A stretch of DNA of 64,000 nucleotides from a bacterium (GTDB lineage Bacteria > Zhuqueibacterota > Zhuqueibacteria > Residuimicrobiales > Krinioviventaceae). The notes beneath the pieces are model-generated. The model was not told the origin of the DNA and did not search any database. It saw only the letters and a program-made list of their open reading frames with translations. Within the stretch, counting starts at the first letter, position 1, and each line of letters opens with the position of its first letter. Shown here piece by piece: positions 41,305 through 51,938 of this stretch. The position numbers were made by a program, and so were the translations under genes. Where the stretch lies: positions 2,208,001 through 2,272,000 of the forward strand of contig CAXXMD010000003.1 of NCBI GenBank assembly GCA_963675755.2, read 5' to 3'.

Positions 41305-41436
41305 GAGGAGAGATTAGTTTTGTGATAACGGTTTTTCGTGTTCCATAACAGAATGGCGATTATCACATGATCATCAGGTTGTTGTCTAACCTCCCTATAT
41401 TGTAAACTGTTGTGTGCTATTTCCTTTGTAACTCTA
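41264..41436 (-). ncRNA. Candidate small RNA (about 170 nt)
   Basis: Lies between a sigma54-like promoter and a 13-bp hairpin terminator; no convincing ORF; 5' end inferred from promoter spacing. Confidence 0.45.
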
Positions 41437-41446
41437 CTTGTGTTAA

Positions 41447-41462
41447 TACAAAGACTGTGCCG
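41447..41462 (-). promoter_or_regulatory. Candidate sigma54 (-24/-12) promoter
   Basis: Minus strand CGGCACAGTCTTTGTA versus consensus TGGCACG-N4-TTGC(A/T); GG-N10-GT instead of GC. Confidence 0.45.
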
Positions 41463-41618
41463 TAATTTTTAAAACAATTTCATGCGCCTTAAGTATAATA
41501 ATAATAGATGTTTATTTGATTTCTGTGTTTTGTGCCTCCATAAAATGTGGCGCATTGGGGCATCAAATGGATTTTGAGATGTGGCGCGAGTGTCCCATTT
41601 ATGTGTGGATTAACCTGC

Positions 41619-41647
41619 TTGACAAAAAGCCCGAATCTTGTTATATT
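41619..41647 (+). promoter_or_regulatory. Sigma70-type promoter for the sbcD-like gene
   Basis: TTGACA-N17-TATATT with an extended -10 TG. Confidence 0.65.
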
Positions 41648-41673
41648 CTATCATTGATTATTTTGGACATTTC

Positions 41674-42786
41674 ATGTATTTATTGCATTTTTCAGACACC
41701 CATCTCGGCTATTCTGAATATCATAAAATTGATCCTGACACGGGATTAAATCAGCGTGAACAGGATGTATACAATGCCTGGGAGCAGGTGATTGAAAATA
41801 TTTTACAGATCAGACCGGATGTTGTGCTGCACACCGGAGACCTGTTTCATACTCCACGACCCAGTAATCGGGCAATTCGCATTGCATTGGAGGGTATTCA
41901 ACGCATCAGCGATGCTGGCATACCTTTGGTAATCATTTCAGGAAACCATGAAACCCCCAGGATCAAATCAACAGGTTCCATTTTTGAATCTATTGCCTTA
42001 TTCCCCAATGTATATGCCGCGTATATCAGTGAATATAAGCGCTTTCGTATTGGAGACAGTGATTTTCATTGTGTACCCCATTGCTCCCTGTCTGAAGAGT
42101 TGGAAGCAGCATTTGATGCTGTGGAAACGGATGGCGCCAAATACAATGTGTTTTTAAGCCATGGCGCATGGACAGGAAAGCTGGATTACAGTATGGGCGA
42201 GTTTAACGAACAGCGAATTCCTGATGTGGCGCAAGCATTAAATATAGAATTCGATTATGTGGCGCTGGGGCATTATCACAAGCATCTGGATATAAATGAT
42301 ACGGTCAGCTATTGCGGTTCAACTGAACGTACAAGCTTTAATGAAGCGGGAAATACCTGTGGATATCTTTTGGTGCAACTCGAAAAAAAGACGCGTGAAT
42401 ACAAAGAGATTGTATCCCGGGCCATGTTCAAACCCAAGCCGGTGGATTGCCGGGACATGAGTGCGGCAGAGATATATAAATATCTTGAAGGCATGAACTC
42501 AACCGACATGGATGATGCCATGCTTAGCCTTGCGCTTGAAAACATAGATGAGCATACCTTTTTAAAATTGGATAGTAAAGAAATAGACGTCATTTTCAAA
42601 AATACATTTTATCTGCAAAAATCGGTTCAACGTATTACCGCAAATAATGAAAAGCGATTGCAGGATTCTCATATTGATTCTTTACCGGTAGAGTTTTCAC
42701 GCTATTTGGATAATGTGAGTAACGCAGAACTGGATAAAGAAAAATTGCTTGAACTTGGAAATCATTACCTGACACAATATATATAA
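41674..42786 (+). CDS. sbcD: SbcD/Mre11-family nuclease (metallophosphoesterase)
   Basis: HFSDTHLG, HTGDLFH, ISGNHE, SHG, DYVALGHYH, YCGSTERTSFNE. Confidence 0.85.
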   Translation: MYLLHFSDTHLGYSEYHKIDPDTGLNQREQDVYNAWEQVIENILQIRPDVVLHTGDLFHTPRPSNRAIRIALEGIQRISDAGIPLVIISGNHETPRIKSTGSIFESIALFPNVYAAYISEYKRFRIGDSDFHCVPHCSLSEELEAAFDAVETDGAKYNVFLSHGAWTGKLDYSMGEFNEQRIPDVAQALNIEFDYVALGHYHKHLDINDTVSYCGSTERTSFNEAGNTCGYLLVQLEKKTREYKEIVSRAMFKPKPVDCRDMSAAEIYKYLEGMNSTDMDDAMLSLALENIDEHTFLKLDSKEIDVIFKNTFYLQKSVQRITANNEKRLQDSHIDSLPVEFSRYLDNVSNAELDKEKLLELGNHYLTQYI

Positions 42787-42806
42787 TTTAATATAAAGGA
42801 GAAGTC

Positions 42807-43502
42807 ATGAAAAAAGCATTAATTGCAATTGCACTTTTGAGTATTGTTGCAATGGTTGCTGCAGGTAACCGTTTAAACGCCGAATGGGAAATGCTGTTCA
42901 ACGGTAAAGACCTTGACGGATGGGTTCAGCTCGGTGGTGAAGCCAAATACGAAGTTAAAGACGGTATGGTTGTGGGTACCAGTGTGATGAATACTGACAA
43001 TAGCTTTTTGTGCACAAAAAATACTTATGGAAATTTTATTCTTGAATATGATTTTATTGTAGATGAAAAATTAAATTCAGGTGTGCAGATACGCAGTTTG
43101 AGCAGCAAAGATTATAGAAACGGACGCGTTCATGGATACCAGGTAGAGATTGATCCATCTGACCGTGCGTGGTCATGTGGTATTTACGATGAAGCTCGTC
43201 GCGGTTGGTTGTATGATTTGCGTTTTAATGAAGCGGGACGCAATGCATTCAAGCATAATGATTGGAACCATGTTCATATTGAAGCCATTGGAAGTTCTAT
43301 CCGTACCTGGTTGAATGGTGTTCCTTGTGCAAACCTGGTTGATGACATGACCCCGAGTGGTTTTATTGCGTTACAAGTACATGGTATTGGTACCAATGAA
43401 GATAAAGAAGGTACACAGGTTAAATGGAAAAATATCAGACTGATTGATCTGGGTCCACTAACCGAATTCCCTGCTGTTGTCAATACAGATATTGATGATT
43501 AA
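42807..43502 (+). CDS. DUF1080 (3-keto-glycoside hydrolase-like) protein
   Basis: [39 protein letters not shown]. Confidence 0.9.
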   Translation: MKKALIAIALLSIVAMVAAGNRLNAEWEMLFNGKDLDGWVQLGGEAKYEVKDGMVVGTSVMNTDNSFLCTKNTYGNFILEYDFIVDEKLNSGVQIRSLSSKDYRNGRVHGYQVEIDPSDRAWSCGIYDEARRGWLYDLRFNEAGRNAFKHNDWNHVHIEAIGSSIRTWLNGVPCANLVDDMTPSGFIALQVHGIGTNEDKEGTQVKWKNIRLIDLGPLTEFPAVVNTDIDD

Positions 43503-43606
43503 GCCCAAAAAGGTTCATTTCTAATGAATTGAGCTAAAGAATGTTGCCGGTTGAACATTGTTGTTTTTTAACGATGACAACCGGCTTTTTTATGGAGAGG
43601 ATTGTT

Positions 43607-44656
43607 ATGAAACGATTAAATCTAACTATTCTGGTTTTATTGATTTTGGGGTATAATCTGGCTTTTGCGGGAGAGCATTGGAAAATCCATGATATCTCCC
43701 GACCCAATCCGGCAATTATTACTCCCGGTACATTCAGCAGTCAGGCAAAGCCCGGCAATATTCCTTCAGATGCGGTTGTTCTATTTGACGGTAAAGACCT
43801 TTCTCAGTGGCGGAGCCTGGATGGAAGTCCGGCAAAATGGATCGTCAAAGACGGCAACATGGAATGTGTAAAGGGCAGCGGCTATATTCGTACCCTGCGT
43901 AATTTTGGCGACTGCCAACTGCATGTTGAATTTTCTACACCTACCGCTGCTGAAGGAAAGAGCCAGGCGCGAGGAAACAGTGGTGTTTTTCTGATGGGCA
44001 AATACGAAGTTCAGGTTTTGGACAATTATGAGAATCCCACATACTCTGATGGACAGTGTTCCGCGATTTATGGTGAGTATCCTCCGCAGGTGAATGCATG
44101 TCTGAAACCGGGTGAATGGCAGACCTATGATATCGTGTTTCACGCACCTCAATTCAATTGCGAAAAAGAATTGCTGAAACCGGGTACTGTTACTGTTTTT
44201 CATAACGGCGTATTGACGCAGGACCATGTGGAAATTCTGGGCCCAACCAGCTGGACCGAACGGCTGCCTTACTCGTGGCATCCGGACAAGTTGCCGCTGG
44301 CATTACAGGACCATGGGAATCCTGTGCGATATCGCAATATCTGGGTACGCGAGTTGCCGGCTGCGGCAGCAGGACAGGAATTGCCTCGAGCTGAGATAAC
44401 CGTACCCGTGGATGTTTTGACAAAATATACCGGCGCGTATCGCTGGAGTCCCACCAACACCCTCAAAGTCAAGCTGGAAAATGATGTATTGTGGGTAGCT
44501 GTACGTAACCAGGATTTTCGTCCCGTTTGCGCAGAAAGTGAAACAAAATTCTTTTCAAAATTTGTACAAGTTGAACTCGAGTTTAGTGAATCCGGGGATG
44601 AAGTAACCTTTGCTGTGGGCGGCAAGGTAGAGGGGACCATTAAAAAGGTAAAATAA
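43607..44656 (+). CDS. DUF1080 protein with a C-terminal DUF3471-like domain
   Basis: LFDGKDLSQW, GNSGVFL, YEVQVLD, LQDHGNPVRYRNIW; tail VLTKYTGAY...ESETKFF. Confidence 0.85.
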   Translation: MKRLNLTILVLLILGYNLAFAGEHWKIHDISRPNPAIITPGTFSSQAKPGNIPSDAVVLFDGKDLSQWRSLDGSPAKWIVKDGNMECVKGSGYIRTLRNFGDCQLHVEFSTPTAAEGKSQARGNSGVFLMGKYEVQVLDNYENPTYSDGQCSAIYGEYPPQVNACLKPGEWQTYDIVFHAPQFNCEKELLKPGTVTVFHNGVLTQDHVEILGPTSWTERLPYSWHPDKLPLALQDHGNPVRYRNIWVRELPAAAAGQELPRAEITVPVDVLTKYTGAYRWSPTNTLKVKLENDVLWVAVRNQDFRPVCAESETKFFSKFVQVELEFSESGDEVTFAVGGKVEGTIKKVK

Positions 44657-44699
44657 GTTTACTACACATGATTACTGTCAAGTAAACCGTGGATAAATG

Positions 44700-45440
44700 C
44701 AAAGAGATTTGATGGTGACGGAGATTATCTCTGTCACCATCAAATTTACACTGTCAGAAACGGATCTATTATATATCCCGTTAGGGATGAAATATTTGTA
44801 GAATTTTCTTGTCCATTTTTTTAGCGTCCCATCGGGACGCAATATGCATATGATTCTATCTATCCCGTCCCGATGGGACGGAAATTATTTGTTTAGTGTG
44901 GCTACAAATATCTTGTCCCTAGCGGGACAAATATTAACTCGAGCTATAAGCATTGATATATGGGAAAAATTTTTAAACAACAATGGGAAAATGGCACGAC
45001 TAATTGTTTTCCTCTGTGTACCCAGTGTCTCCCTGGTTAAAAAGTTGATACACAGAGAGGTTTTTGTTTAGCCACTGATCGACACATATTTTCACGGATA
45101 AAATTGCAAAAATCACTTTGGCAATATCTGTCACCATAAGGTCATCATCACTGACGGGATAATTTTTTTTTCGTGCTTTTCGTTGTTTGTTTTTAGGTGT
45201 TATCTTGATTTGCAATTGATAATTATTGACCACGAAGGAAAGAAGTGCACGAAGGATTGTTTTGTTGTTCCTTCGTGCGCTTTGGTTTAAATTAAAAAAA
45301 GATAGTAATAGGCACTACTCTTATAAAAGTCCGTCTGTGACGGACAAACGAAATAAATTTCGTTCTGCATTGCGTTTAGCGTCGGCCTTCGATACACTCG
45401 CTCATCCGCTTTCCAGCGGATTCGCTCGTACTCTGGTACC
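44700..45440. repeat. Composite repeat hub 3 (heterogeneous REP/MITE-like modules)
   Basis: Loopless hairpin A 44707-44745; four-hairpin element 44775-44929; modules at 45004-45038, 45070-45102, 45228-45290, 45326-45368; mini-hairpin 45405-45420. Confidence 0.8.
44775..44929. mobile_element. REP-doublet/MITE-like element of about 155 bp
   Basis: Outer inverted ends ATCCCGTTAGGGATGAAATATTTGTAG / CTACAAATATCTTGTCCCTAGCGGGAC; inner inverted pair CGTCCCATCGGGACG / CGTCCCGATGGGACG. Confidence 0.6.
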
Positions 45441-45449
45441 GGACAATTG

Positions 45450-48400
45450 TTATTCCCTAAACAATATCAACGCCGGGACGATCTGTTTTTCGATTCCAGG
45501 GCCCTCATAACTCACATCCAAAGCTTTTGCGCCGCCTTTTTGAAAATAGGTTGTACGGATTTTGTGTCTGCCGGCCTCGAGATGGACGTTACCGCTTTTT
45601 TCAATATAGATGTGCCCGGTGCCATTGTCCACCACCATCTTTTCGTCAATATAAACAATACTGCCGTCATTAGAACCGCTGTAAAAGGTATAATCGCCAG
45701 TCTTCTCAATATCGATAAATCCATTATACTGGACTGCAAACATGTTGGTTGTGAGCGGCAGGTCTTTAAGATCAATATTGTAAACATATCCCTGGACATC
45801 CGGTTGCAATTTGTTGAAATTGGGCATATCCTGAAAATCACCATTATAGATCTGGTATTGAACTCCATTTTTTTCAGGATCAATACAGGTATACAGCTTG
45901 AATGCAATCTGGCTGGGTTTACAACCCGCTTTAAAAGATCTGGCCCGTACCTGGGTACTGCTGTCGATACTAAAGGGCTTTTTGTACAATGTGGATTCTT
46001 GCGTTGGCTCTGAACCATCCAGAGTATAATATATCTTGGCATCCTGAGAACCGCATTTTAGTTCAATAGCCAGATTATCGGGTTTGAAAAAGTATTGCAG
46101 GTTGGGGGTAATCTCGGGACTGGTAACCGCCGGCTTGTCGATTACGGTTTTAATATCGCCAACTGAAAATGAATAATTGCCAGAGCCAACCTCAAATACC
46201 GCAAGGTTTCCATCCATTTTTACAAATTGTACACCCTCTGCGTCTGATACAGGTTTTTTACTTTCTTTTACAGATTCTTTATCTTTGGCAGGCAGGTAGA
46301 CTGTTGCCGTGGTGTTTACGGGTATGGTTATATTTAATTGATAATCTGTTTCAGTACATGTCCAATTGGATTTGACAATGCCATACAAGGTGTTAACCGT
46401 TGCATCTACATAGCCTGTTTCTGCCTGAATATAGGGTTTTATGATAATGTGTTTAAAGCCGGGCTGGGTTTCGTCTGTTTGAATACCTGCCAGGAACTTG
46501 TAATACCATGAGCTGATACTACCAAACATAACATGGTTATTAGAGCCGCTCTGGTCCCAATGTTCGGACAAGGTGGTACGGGTTTTCACCAGATCATACC
46601 AACCGGGATAATCGGGTTGGGTTGCAAGCAGGTAAGCGATTTCGTTTGCGCCTGCGTATGACAAGGTTTCCATCATGTATTTTGTGCCCAAAATACCGGT
46701 CAGGATATGACCCTTGTCGCGTTTGATGATATCCTGAAATAGCGATTGCAGTACATCCTGCCGGGAAGCATCCGGAGTAATACCCAGGAACAGAGGTGCC
46801 GAGTTGGAGTACTGTCCGCCATTTTCATAAATGTTTTGTTTGGCGTCGAAATACTTTTTATTGTAGGCATCTTGTATTTTATTTGAAAGCTCGTTGTATT
46901 TTTGCTGATCATCCCGCAGATTCAGAATGCCAGCGATTTTACTCAGCAAGATGCTGTTGTAATAATAGTAAAATGTGCCCACAGATTCGGGTTTTCCCCG
47001 TGACCAGTCAGGTTCAATACTGTACCAGTCCCCGTATTTGTCATGTGGGAGGATATATCCCTCAGCAGTGGAAGATAAATGGTCCAAATAGGCCTTTAGA
47101 TTTTCATAATGGTCCGCAAGGATCTGTTTGTCTCCATAGAACTGGTAATGGTACCACAAGATCAAAATATAGGCAGAGCTCCATGCCGGGGTGCCACCTT
47201 CCGTTGAAGGACGGGGAATAATGTAGGGGATATCGCCACTCTGTTTATCCTGACCGAGTTGTATACTGTTCAGCCAGTATTTGTAAAACAGGGGAGTGTG
47301 AAAGTTATACATGGCTTCTTCAGCAGTAATATGGGCGTCTCCCAGCCAGCCGAGTCGTTCATCGCGTTGGGGACAATCCATGGGGTATCCCACCATATTG
47401 CTGCGTTGTGACCACAGTGTTGCCTGCTGTACTTTGTTGAGTAAGATGTTTCCAGTCTCGAATGAACCGGTAATGTCACAAGATGAATGTACCACACAAC
47501 CGGTAACGGATTCAATTTCGGGCAGAGCAGGTTCAGCGGTAATTTGAACATATCGAAATCCGTGATAAGTAAAATGAGGTTCATAGGTTTCTGATTCATT
47601 ACCATTCAATATATATGTATCTTTTGCTGCTACCAGATTATTTGTGTTCTTGTCCACGAGACCGTTTTGTAGCAGGTTTTCCGCGTATTGTACGGTCATA
47701 ATTGTGTTTGCGGTTCCGTTTAATTTGATTTTTGCCCAGCCGGCAAAATTTTGTCCCATATCATAGACATAAACTCCCTTTTGCGGCTCAGTAGCCGAAA
47801 CGGGCTCTATTGTTTGGGTGATTTTAATGGGTTCCATGGTTTGGGCAACCAGCTTTCCTCCGGGAGCCGTCATGGTTTTGACCGGTTCCCATTGAGAATC
47901 ATTATACTCTTTTGCGTTCCACCCTTGTTTTTCAATTCTGGCATCGTAATATTCACCATCATAAACGCAGCTTGAGAGAATTGCACCATCAGCAGCTTTC
48001 CATGACTCATCGGTTATGACCTGTTCCGTACTGCCATCTTTATATTCGATCAGCATTTGCAGAATGGCCCGTTTGGGGCCAAACCACTGCATGCGCCAGC
48101 TCCACCATTTTTTTAAAGGGTTGAACCAGCCGTTACCCAGCTCTATGCCGACTGCATTTTGTCCGGATTGTAACATGTTGGTTACATCATAAACATCGTA
48201 ATAGACTTTATTGCGATAATTGGTTTTAACGGGATTCAGGATTTTATCTCCAACTTTACTGCCGTTCAGGTAAAGCTCGTAAAATCCCAGACCGGTCACG
48301 TTTACAACGGCGCGTTTGATTGCACCCGATGTGTTAAATTCTTTGCGGAGAAGAGTTGATCGCTCGTTCACATTGACTGTATCATTGGGTTTAGCAGCGG

Positions 48401-48890
48401 GACTGTCATAGTATTTGGCATCGATGACGGGGAGGAAATCCGGATCCTTGCCGATCCATTCTGCCTGCCATTTGTCAAACATACCTGTTGTAAAATAGGA
48501 TTGTTCACTCCATTTAGAAGCGTTACCTGCTTTGTCCCAGACTTTGACCTGCCAATAGCAGGTTTGGTTGCTTTTCAAAGCTTCACCCTGATATTGTATG
48601 TGCAGGTTTTGATCGGATTCAATTCTGCCGCTGTCCCATAGATCGCCCAGTTCCTGTTCAAGATTGTTGGGTCTGCTGGCTACCAGAATACGATAAGCGG
48701 TTTGTGTTTGGCCCCGTTGGTTTGAAGTCAATTGCCAGCTGAACCGTGGTGCAGGTGTGTCGATCCCTGTTGGATTGGTCAGATATTCACAAACAGGATT
48801 TTGGATGGTGACAGGTGGAGTAAAATTGCTGCAATTTGAAATGAGAATTAACGAAAAAAGCAAAACGGTAGAGCGAATAATACTTTTCAT
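45450..48890 (-). CDS. GH78 alpha-L-rhamnosidase with C-terminal FN3-associated and PA14 domains
   Basis: PRFSWQL, GLGFYELYLNG, DMGQNFAGW, FTYHGFRY, MDCPQRDERLGWLGD, SNNHVMFG; IYYTLDGSEP; SNDGS. Confidence 0.92.
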   Translation of the reverse strand: MKSIIRSTVLLFSLILISNCSNFTPPVTIQNPVCEYLTNPTGIDTPAPRFSWQLTSNQRGQTQTAYRILVASRPNNLEQELGDLWDSGRIESDQNLHIQYQGEALKSNQTCYWQVKVWDKAGNASKWSEQSYFTTGMFDKWQAEWIGKDPDFLPVIDAKYYDSPAAKPNDTVNVNERSTLLRKEFNTSGAIKRAVVNVTGLGFYELYLNGSKVGDKILNPVKTNYRNKVYYDVYDVTNMLQSGQNAVGIELGNGWFNPLKKWWSWRMQWFGPKRAILQMLIEYKDGSTEQVITDESWKAADGAILSSCVYDGEYYDARIEKQGWNAKEYNDSQWEPVKTMTAPGGKLVAQTMEPIKITQTIEPVSATEPQKGVYVYDMGQNFAGWAKIKLNGTANTIMTVQYAENLLQNGLVDKNTNNLVAAKDTYILNGNESETYEPHFTYHGFRYVQITAEPALPEIESVTGCVVHSSCDITGSFETGNILLNKVQQATLWSQRSNMVGYPMDCPQRDERLGWLGDAHITAEEAMYNFHTPLFYKYWLNSIQLGQDKQSGDIPYIIPRPSTEGGTPAWSSAYILILWYHYQFYGDKQILADHYENLKAYLDHLSSTAEGYILPHDKYGDWYSIEPDWSRGKPESVGTFYYYYNSILLSKIAGILNLRDDQQKYNELSNKIQDAYNKKYFDAKQNIYENGGQYSNSAPLFLGITPDASRQDVLQSLFQDIIKRDKGHILTGILGTKYMMETLSYAGANEIAYLLATQPDYPGWYDLVKTRTTLSEHWDQSGSNNHVMFGSISSWYYKFLAGIQTDETQPGFKHIIIKPYIQAETGYVDATVNTLYGIVKSNWTCTETDYQLNITIPVNTTATVYLPAKDKESVKESKKPVSDAEGVQFVKMDGNLAVFEVGSGNYSFSVGDIKTVIDKPAVTSPEITPNLQYFFKPDNLAIELKCGSQDAKIYYTLDGSEPTQESTLYKKPFSIDSSTQVRARSFKAGCKPSQIAFKLYTCIDPEKNGVQYQIYNGDFQDMPNFNKLQPDVQGYVYNIDLKDLPLTTNMFAVQYNGFIDIEKTGDYTFYSGSNDGSIVYIDEKMVVDNGTGHIYIEKSGNVHLEAGRHKIRTTYFQKGGAKALDVSYEGPGIEKQIVPALILFRE

Positions 48891-49042
48891 TTTGTTCCTC
48901 TAGAGTTTAATCAGCCAGCTGGTACCCAATACTTTGCCCCTATGATTTATAAAATAGTCAAAATCTTAAGAAAAGCAATGATTTTTTCTGTGTGATGTTG
49001 GAAATAAATGCGGCAGTAATCCGGTTTAATTGTAAATAAATC

Positions 49043-49087
49043 TTGACAATATATTTTTTTGTCTTAAATTATGACTATTACTATAGT
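49043..49087 (+). promoter_or_regulatory. Sigma70-type promoter with an adjacent palindrome (candidate Rrf2 operator)
   Basis: TTGACA-N16-TAAATT, then ACTAT-tact-ATAGT at 49074-49087. Confidence 0.5.
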
Positions 49088-49109
49088 ATTTATCGTATTT
49101 GGAGATATA

Positions 49110-49553
49110 ATGAAAATCACATTCAAGAGTGAATATGCCATCAAGGCTCTGCTGGATCTGTCTTTTCGCTATACCGGCAGTGAGATTGTTCCCTTGACGG
49201 ATATTTCCAAGCGGCAAAGTATACCGTTGAAATATCTGGAGCAAATCATGCTGATTTTAAAAAAAGCGGGGTATGTGGAAAGCAGACGCGGCATTGGCGG
49301 TGGGTTTATGCTGGGCCGTTCACCGGAATCCATTGTTCTTGGTGATGTAGTGCGGACCATTGAGGGACCGCTTGATACCAGCAGCGATATGAAGGGCAAT
49401 GGAGATGCGCATACGAACCAGGCGTTAAAGGAGATTTGGCAAGATGTGAACAATGCCACGGCAGCAATTGTGGATACGATCACTTTTGCCGCTATCATGC
49501 GCAGGGTGAACGAGTTGAAACAGCAAAATCAGGAATTTATTTATTATATATAA
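49110..49553 (+). CDS. Rrf2-family regulator, CymR-like
   Basis: YLEQI...LKKAGYVESRRGIGGGF, IEGP; no Cys; C-terminus FIYYI; heads a cys/met operon. Confidence 0.85.
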   Translation: MKITFKSEYAIKALLDLSFRYTGSEIVPLTDISKRQSIPLKYLEQIMLILKKAGYVESRRGIGGGFMLGRSPESIVLGDVVRTIEGPLDTSSDMKGNGDAHTNQALKEIWQDVNNATAAIVDTITFAAIMRRVNELKQQNQEFIYYI

Positions 49554-49578
49554 CCATTGAAAGTAAAGGAGCACCACT

Positions 49579-50868
49579 ATGTCAGATAAAAAATTAGCAT
49601 TCGAGACCCTGGCCCTGCATGGCGGGCAGATCCCCGATTCTACGACATTGTCCCGCGGGGTTCCGGTATATAGAACCAGTTCATATGTATTTAAAAATAC
49701 CGAACACGCAGCCAATCTTTTTGCATTAAAGGAAATGGGTAATATTTATACCCGACTTGGAAATCCTACTCAGGATATTCTTGAACAGCGCGTTGCACAG
49801 CTTGAAGGCGGCGGGGCAGCGCTTGCGCTGGCTTCCGGTACTTCGGCAATTCATTATACTGTACTCAATATTTGCCAGGCTGGTGACGAGATTGTATCCG
49901 CAAACAACCTGTACGGCGGCACCTATACCATGTTTGATAATATTCTGCCGCAACAGGGCATCAAGGTGCATTTGGTAGATCCTTCGAATCCTGAAAATTT
50001 TGAAAAAGCCATCAATGAAAAAACCAAAATGCTGTATGTGGAAACCATTGGTAATCCTAAATTGCAGGTTACCGATATGGAAGCCGTTGCCAAAATCGCG
50101 CAAAAGCACCATTTGCCATTGGTCGTGGATTCCACATTTACTACTCCGTACCTGATGCGACCGCTTGAATACGGTGCAAATATTGTGATACATTCATTGA
50201 CCAAATGGATGGGTGGTCACGGAGCCGGTATTGGCGGTATTGTTGTTGACGGTGCCAACTTTGACTGGACAGACAAGAAATTCAATTTTTACAACGAACC
50301 GGATGACAGCTATCACGGTATCCGTTACGCGCACGATCTGGGTGATCTTAATCCTGTTGCGTTTATAATGAGATTGCGTCTGGTACCTCTGCGCAACCTG
50401 GGTGCTTGTATTTCTCCGGACAATGCCTGGATGTTTTTGCAGGGAATTGAGACCTTGCCCTTGCGTATGCAGCGACATTGTGAAAATGCGTTAAAGGTAG
50501 CCGAGTATTTAAAGTCAAACCCGAAAATCTCATGGGTAAGCTATCCCGGTTTGGCTGATGATCCTGAACATGCAACAGCGAAAAAATATTTAAAGAATGG
50601 TTACGGCAGTGTTATTGCGTTTGGTGTAAACAATAAACGCGATGACGCGGAAAAATTCATCAACAATCTTGAATTGATCTCGCATCTGGCCAATGTGGGC
50701 GATGCCAAGAGCCTGGCACTGCATCCGGCCAGCACAACCCATTCCCAGTTGTCTGAACAACAGTTGACAGACCTGGGTATTACTCCGGACTTTGTTAGAA
50801 TGTCTGTTGGAATTGAAAATGTAAATGATATCATCAATGACATCCAGCAATCGCTGGATCGAATATAA
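49579..50868 (+). CDS. metY: O-acetylhomoserine sulfhydrylase
   Basis: [56 protein letters not shown]. Confidence 0.93.
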   Translation: MSDKKLAFETLALHGGQIPDSTTLSRGVPVYRTSSYVFKNTEHAANLFALKEMGNIYTRLGNPTQDILEQRVAQLEGGGAALALASGTSAIHYTVLNICQAGDEIVSANNLYGGTYTMFDNILPQQGIKVHLVDPSNPENFEKAINEKTKMLYVETIGNPKLQVTDMEAVAKIAQKHHLPLVVDSTFTTPYLMRPLEYGANIVIHSLTKWMGGHGAGIGGIVVDGANFDWTDKKFNFYNEPDDSYHGIRYAHDLGDLNPVAFIMRLRLVPLRNLGACISPDNAWMFLQGIETLPLRMQRHCENALKVAEYLKSNPKISWVSYPGLADDPEHATAKKYLKNGYGSVIAFGVNNKRDDAEKFINNLELISHLANVGDAKSLALHPASTTHSQLSEQQLTDLGITPDFVRMSVGIENVNDIINDIQQSLDRI

Positions 50869-50885
50869 TCCAATGGAGGTGGACC

Positions 50886-51860
50886 ATGGCAAAGATATTT
50901 TCCGATAATAGCTATGCAATAGGCGGAACCCCGCTGGTCCGATTGAATAGAATAACGGATGGTGGCAAAGCCACCATCCTTGCAAAAATAGAGGGTAGGA
51001 ACCCTGCATACTCGGTCAAATGTCGTATTGGCGCCAATATGATCTGGGATGCGGAGAAAAAGGGCCTGTTAAAACCCGGTAGTGTCATTGTTGAACCCAC
51101 TAGTGGCAATACCGGTATTGCCCTTGCGTATGTGGGAGCAGCCCGCGGTTACAAAGTTATATTGACCATGCCGGACAGTATGAGCATTGAACGACGTAAA
51201 TTGTTAAAAGCTCTGGGTGCGGAACTGGTTTTGACCGAAGGAGCAAAAGGTATGAAGGGCGCTGTTGAAAAAGCTGAAGAGATTCAAAGCAGTGATCCCG
51301 CTAAATATGTACTGCTCCAGCAGTTTAAAAATCCCGCGAATCCCGAGGTGCACGAAAAGACCACCGGTCCCGAAATATGGGACGACACGGATGGAAATAT
51401 CGATGCTCTGGTCTCGGGTGTGGGTACAGGCGGTACCATTACCGGATTGTCCCGTTATTTCAAGAAAACACAAGGTAAAGCCATTACTTCGGTTGCGGTA
51501 GAGCCTGCGGACAGTCCCGTGATTACCCAGACACTGAACAAACAGGAACTCGCTCCCGGACCGCACAAGATCCAGGGCATTGGCGCGGGATTCATTCCCG
51601 ATATTCTGGACATTTCACTGATAGACCGGGTAGAGCTGGTGAGCAATGACGATGCAATCCAATACGCGCGCAGGCTGGCAAAGGAAGAAGGTATACTTGC
51701 CGGAATATCCTGCGGAGCGGCTGTTGCAGCAGCAGTGCGATTGGGCAAACTGGATGAATTTGCCGGTAAAACCATTGTTGCTATTCTTCCGGATAGCGGT
51801 GAACGGTACCTTTCAAGCATTCTGTATGAAGGTATATTCAATACCGAAACCGGAATGTAA
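50886..51860 (+). CDS. cysK: Cysteine synthase A
   Basis: [52 protein letters not shown]. Confidence 0.96.
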   Translation: MAKIFSDNSYAIGGTPLVRLNRITDGGKATILAKIEGRNPAYSVKCRIGANMIWDAEKKGLLKPGSVIVEPTSGNTGIALAYVGAARGYKVILTMPDSMSIERRKLLKALGAELVLTEGAKGMKGAVEKAEEIQSSDPAKYVLLQQFKNPANPEVHEKTTGPEIWDDTDGNIDALVSGVGTGGTITGLSRYFKKTQGKAITSVAVEPADSPVITQTLNKQELAPGPHKIQGIGAGFIPDILDISLIDRVELVSNDDAIQYARRLAKEEGILAGISCGAAVAAAVRLGKLDEFAGKTIVAILPDSGERYLSSILYEGIFNTETGM

Positions 51861-51889
51861 AACTATTTGTCATTTTGCTTAAATTGTGT

Positions 51890-51921
51890 ATATTGAAGCG
51901 GTGCAAAAACCGCTTCAATAT
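51890..51921. other. 13-bp hairpin between cysK and metX
   Basis: ATATTGAAGCGGT-gcaaaa-ACCGCTTCAATAT. Confidence 0.55.
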
Positions 51922-51938
51922 CATATTTTGGAAAACGT

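Noticed and set aside
41214-41372. GTG-initiated ORF of about 50 aa on the minus strand in the sRNA candidate region
   Set aside because: It reads through the strong terminator hairpin and has no well-spaced RBS
44844-45510. Short ORFs in hub 3; transposase remnant
   Set aside because: No HUH, DDE or other recognisable motif; the sequence is explained by repeats
48890-49110. SAM or other riboswitch upstream of the met operon
   Set aside because: No aptamer consensus is visible and the leader after the promoter is only about 35 nt
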